A model generated the notes under the pieces. It made no database searches. It was not told the origin of the DNA and was given only the letters and a program-made list of their open reading frames with translations. Shown piece after piece: positions 59,801 to 64,000 of a stretch of 64,000 bases of DNA. Where the stretch lies: assembly GCA_047495785.1 (NCBI GenBank), contig JBLDXI010000028.1:1-64000 (forward strand), read 5' to 3'. Origin of the DNA: Lepidodermella squamata. Taxonomy: Eukaryota; Animalia; Gastrotricha. Each line of letters opens with the position of its first letter. Positions within the stretch are counted from its first letter, which is position 1. A program made the position numbers and the translations under genes.

Positions 59801-62800
59801 TGGTTACTAGTCTTTTCTGCTTTTCTGCTGCTCATCTGCAAACCAATTGTTGTAGGTATTGGTATATTCAAGCAATCTGTAACTGCATGATCAATCGACA
59901 CAGTTGACGTGCCCTTGCTGCCAAACCCAAAACAGTAGGTAGATTGAAAGTCGTAATAACGGCAGCATTTATGATCAAGAAATGGCGGCAGCGACGACGT
60001 GACCAGTGATAGAGAGACGGAGAAAATGCGTATTCAGCACAGATTATGAGTATAGCTGAATAAATCATCATTTTAATTGAATATTCATTCATTCAATAAC
60101 TGTTGAACCAATCACATTCCGCATGCGCTAAAACTAACCTAATATTGTACGCAGTTATTCAATTTAATAAAAATGAATCGACACTCTTTATTGGTGTTGG
60201 TGTGTGGGTGGGCGGGGCTTGTTGTTGTTTTAAACTGTACAGTTTTGATTGCATTACTCGGATTGCATTATACGATCAGGATGATGATGATGAAAAGTGC
60301 CGATGGTGTCAACGGCGGCGGCGACGACGTGATTGAGCGACGAGGCGCGCCTCAGGTGCGCTGAATAATTGACGCGCGAATTGCCGATTAATTGGCGCGC
60401 GTGCTTTTTTGCCATCAGCAAAGTTCATAGTTGGTATTGCGCCCGGCGGCTTCTTACCTTGCTGTATAAAGAGAAACCCGCATCAACTATTCATGAGGAT
60501 GATGATAACTAGCCATCCACCGCATGTCCACCACCACCACCACCAGGAATTAAATGCAGCTGAACGAATATATATGTATGTGTGTGAATCGATGATGCGA
60601 CCAGCGTTTTCGAACTGCAACTCGAATGTAGGTATAGCATGAATTAAAGATGAGCGCGGCGGAATAAGAAGCAGCGGTCGACAAGAAGACGACGACGGCA
60701 GCAGCAGCAGCAGCAACAGCTACAAGACAAGACTGCTATTACCGATAGGCAAACATTGTCGCGCGGGCGCACGCCTAGAAGCAATAGTAGAAGACATCAT
60801 GGTAGTAGTAGTAGTAGTAGTAGCGTTAAGGCGGGGTGGTGGTGGTGGCCTTTTGTCGGCGAGCAATTACTACTTCTAGGTACGTACAACTAAATATATA
60901 AGACGAAGATGATGATGATGTGTACCCCACCCCGCCCCTACCCGCCTGCTATTTCTTTTGTTTTTGTTTTGCAGTGTGCGCGTGTTTTTATTGCATTACT
61001 AGGCCGAACATCGAGGCGACGACACCAGCGCGTCGCAGGGCGTTCGTTCACCTGTTGGCCGCCGCCGCCGCAAGCGATCACTCACATCGAAGCGCGGCGC
61101 ATATCTAATGAATTCGAGCCGCGCGGCTTGTTATCATCATAATCTGTATTATAGGTATTATTGCAGGCATGCGACGAATTTCGAAGCGCGCGGCTCATGT
61201 ATACGCGGATCGATCAGTAGTTGACATGAGACTGCGATGGCACATGCAGCCGTGGCGGATTATTGGCGTTTTGTAAGAAGCAATAACACCGTGTCATAGC
61301 GCGCATTGACTCGCTGATGAGAGCGAGCGAGCGAGCTAGCGGGTGAGTGAGTGAGCCTTTGCGGCTCCGTCGACCAAGCCAGCGCTCGAGTCGATTACAC
61401 TCTCGCTTGCACAACAAGCCAATCCCGTATCAACTTCAAGTTCAACTTCTTCTCGTTCTTATTCGACGTTCGTATAACCTGTATAGTTTAAGCCTGATTA
61501 GCCGCCCTTTGCCGAGAGATGTACCGCCGCCGCTGCCGCCGCTGGTGAGTGAGTTGCCCGCTGCCCCCGTCTTTTTTCGCCTTCTTCCCTTTTTACAAAT
61601 ACGGTGACGTTGCTACTACTATCTACTATCATGTTGTAGGTTGTAGGCTAGGCTAAGCTAGGCTAGGCTAGGGGCAGGTGAGCAAGTAAGTACGCTCGTG
61701 AATGGCTCGCTCACATGTGAATCGGCGGGCGCATCTGAATAAACAGACAGACAAACGGCACAGGGCGTTCGTTGATGCCTTCTTCTTACTTTCTTTGCCG
61801 CTGCTGCTGCTGCTTCTGCTATGACCATATCATACCATACTACTTCGATTCATGTGAATAACTAGCGGGTTTTTACACTGGGCTGGGCAACTTGTCATCG
61901 CACTGCTGCATTCATTTTCATTCAACAATTTCTTATTATTATCATTATTGTACTGCATGCCTTTATGTGAACAGCAGCAGCAGCAATTTACGACGAGGAT
62001 CGAAAACGTGAAAGAGACGTCTCGCCCCCTTTTCACCGGCGCCCTTTTCTTAGTGTTCGGCCATCGAGGCGCGTCTGTCCCCATTGATGCGCTTGCTTTC
62101 ATTTCGCGATCACCACCTAGTTTCTGTATTTATTCGACGCCTAGATCACTTGACCAGTAGCTCCTAGTGTTACACCAAGGCACACCTGCTTGCTGCTGAA
62201 CGAGATCGTCTTCGAATCGTCTCTTCGCGGCGATGATGTCTGTCGATAGTCGACGCAGTGCATCGCAGCGTGTCTATACAAGACACATAGTAGTAGTCGC
62301 GGTAGGAAGTAGTAGTAGCCGAAGCGGTAACATACATCAACAAACAACACAGCAATGCTCTATTAGTGTATAATATTTTCGTATAGTACCTGAGATGCGC
62401 GCGCAATATATGAAAGGCAAACATTGTGTGTTCGGAATGGCATCGGCTGCTACTACTACAACTGCTACTACTACTACCTACTCCCAATCCAAAGATCCAC
62501 CCACCCCTACCTGTGCTTGTGCTCGTGTGTGTGTGTGTCTACGCAATCGCGAGTCGGCAAACTTTCCGACATCAACATCAGCCGGGGAACTGCTGGGACG
62601 ATGACGGACGCGCTGTTGTGGTGGGCTAGGTAGGCAATGCCTGGCTGGCTGGCTGCTGGTGGTAGTTGCCTACCTTGTGTAATGTATAGCAAACACACAT
62701 ACCGACTGCCGCTCCTGCCTCTCTCTCTCTGTGCTCTTCCTTATTTTGGTAATACAATAATATAATAAATAGTAGTAGCAGACAAGCTAAGCGATGGCAT

Positions 62801-64000
62801 GTATAATATTACCGGCGCGTGTTTGATTACTTATTACTACTACGACTACTACTACTGGTTGGCTGGCTGGTACGAAGACGGCAGAATGAATCCGCAGCGC
62901 CTTCGGTTCGTTGCCATCATCCATCCATCAATCCCGAACTGACTGACTGACTTACGCCGCCGCTGCCGCACACGTAGCAGCTTCTCCTTCTTCTTCTTCG
63001 ACGACGACGAAGACCAAGACATAGACTATAGGTATATACCGGGCGTGTTTATGCGTGCCGTATGCTCTTAAGCCATCATCAGCCAGCCAGCCAGCCAGCA
63101 ACCGCCCAAGTCATTGCCTTTTTACCTATATATTTAGTACCATGGGCACTTACTACTACTACTATTACTGGTGCTTCTTTATTGCTGCTGCTGCTGCTAC
63201 GGGTGTAACATGACGCGGCAACGGCTATTCTTCGTTGTTTTGTTGTTGTATTGTGCGCGTGTTGTTGTTGCTTAGGGCGCGGCGCATCAGCATCAGCATC
63301 ATTTATTCTATGTAGAGATCGTACATGCGAGAACGCGCGCGCTCGCCTCGCTGCATCAGTCAGTCAGTCACGGCCTGACGGCTACGAGTGAACGAGCGAG
63401 CGAGCGAGCGATTTCGAACCGCAACCACCACCACCAGCATCGCCGAATCGCCAATCGCACACACACACATGTGTATTGCTGCGATCGCGGTTTATTACCA
63501 ACGTAACACCAGAACCCGGCCGCATTACACACCGTTATGCCACCACAACCACCGAAGATGCGTCTGAGCCTCTGCTCGGAGCAGATCATCATCATCATCA
63601 TCATCCCCATCACCCATCACCATCGCCATCATCATCATCGGCGTGGTGGTTGGTGATAGTAGAACCATGTGTGTGTGTGTGTGTGTGTGTGGTTGAACAC
63701 ACCAGCAGCCATTGCCTGCTTGGTTCGGAATTCGTTCCGAATAGTATTACGAATTGCTATAATATTACGATCAGCCTGGCGCATCACATCCTATGCCTGC
63801 CTGTGATGAGAAGCGGAGCCTGGGCGCGAAAAGACGCACGCCATCATGCCCGAGATCGTTATTACTTATTTACGAGCAACAGCCGGGGCGGGGCGAGCGG
63901 GCGATTACACCCGCTTGATTATTACCGCTTGCTCTCTCTCTCTCTCTCTCTCGTTCGCTCACTGATGGATGCTCCGGTGAGGTACCCACCACCGTAAATC
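56900..64000. repeat. Microsatellite-dense non-coding tract (CAG, TAG/TAC, CAT, GT, CT, GCTA, GCCA units)
   Basis: Dozens of short mixed simple repeats; no credible ORF. Likely the 5' intron or regulatory region of the SOGA gene. Confidence 0.7.

Noticed and set aside
1-64000. CRISPR array, rRNA or prokaryotic operon
   Set aside because: None seen; the sequence is intron-containing eukaryotic DNA.

Overview
Eukaryotic DNA, most likely from an invertebrate animal: short (~50-60 nt) GT-AG introns, very GC/CpG-rich exons and animal-type genes. The first 16 kb is a near-perfect giant palindrome (arms 12-7302 and 8650-15937, 1,347-bp spacer). Each arm carries an outward-reading Mutator-superfamily (NOF-FB/Rehavkus-like) DDE transposase gene. 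After manual splicing of four introns, and allowing for 2-3 homopolymer frameshifts, that gene is fused to a USP-type cysteine protease and a PHD finger. Downstream of it lie three degenerate tRNA-like Pol III units. The palindrome ends lack a target-site duplication and instead show a fold-back signature, so this is either an inverted triplication/amplicon or an amplification/assembly chimera. Next come a 4-exon membrane-anchored P-loop ATPase gene (horizontal-transfer candidate) and a nest of MITEs and LINE remnants. A young 5'-truncated RTE LINE is inserted antisense at the poly(A) site of a multi-exon RasGRF gene. MRPS26, a CR1/L2 remnant and a large SOGA/MTCL-family gene follow, then ~7 kb of microsatellite-dense non-coding DNA. 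All family calls come from motif recognition by eye; no searches were run.
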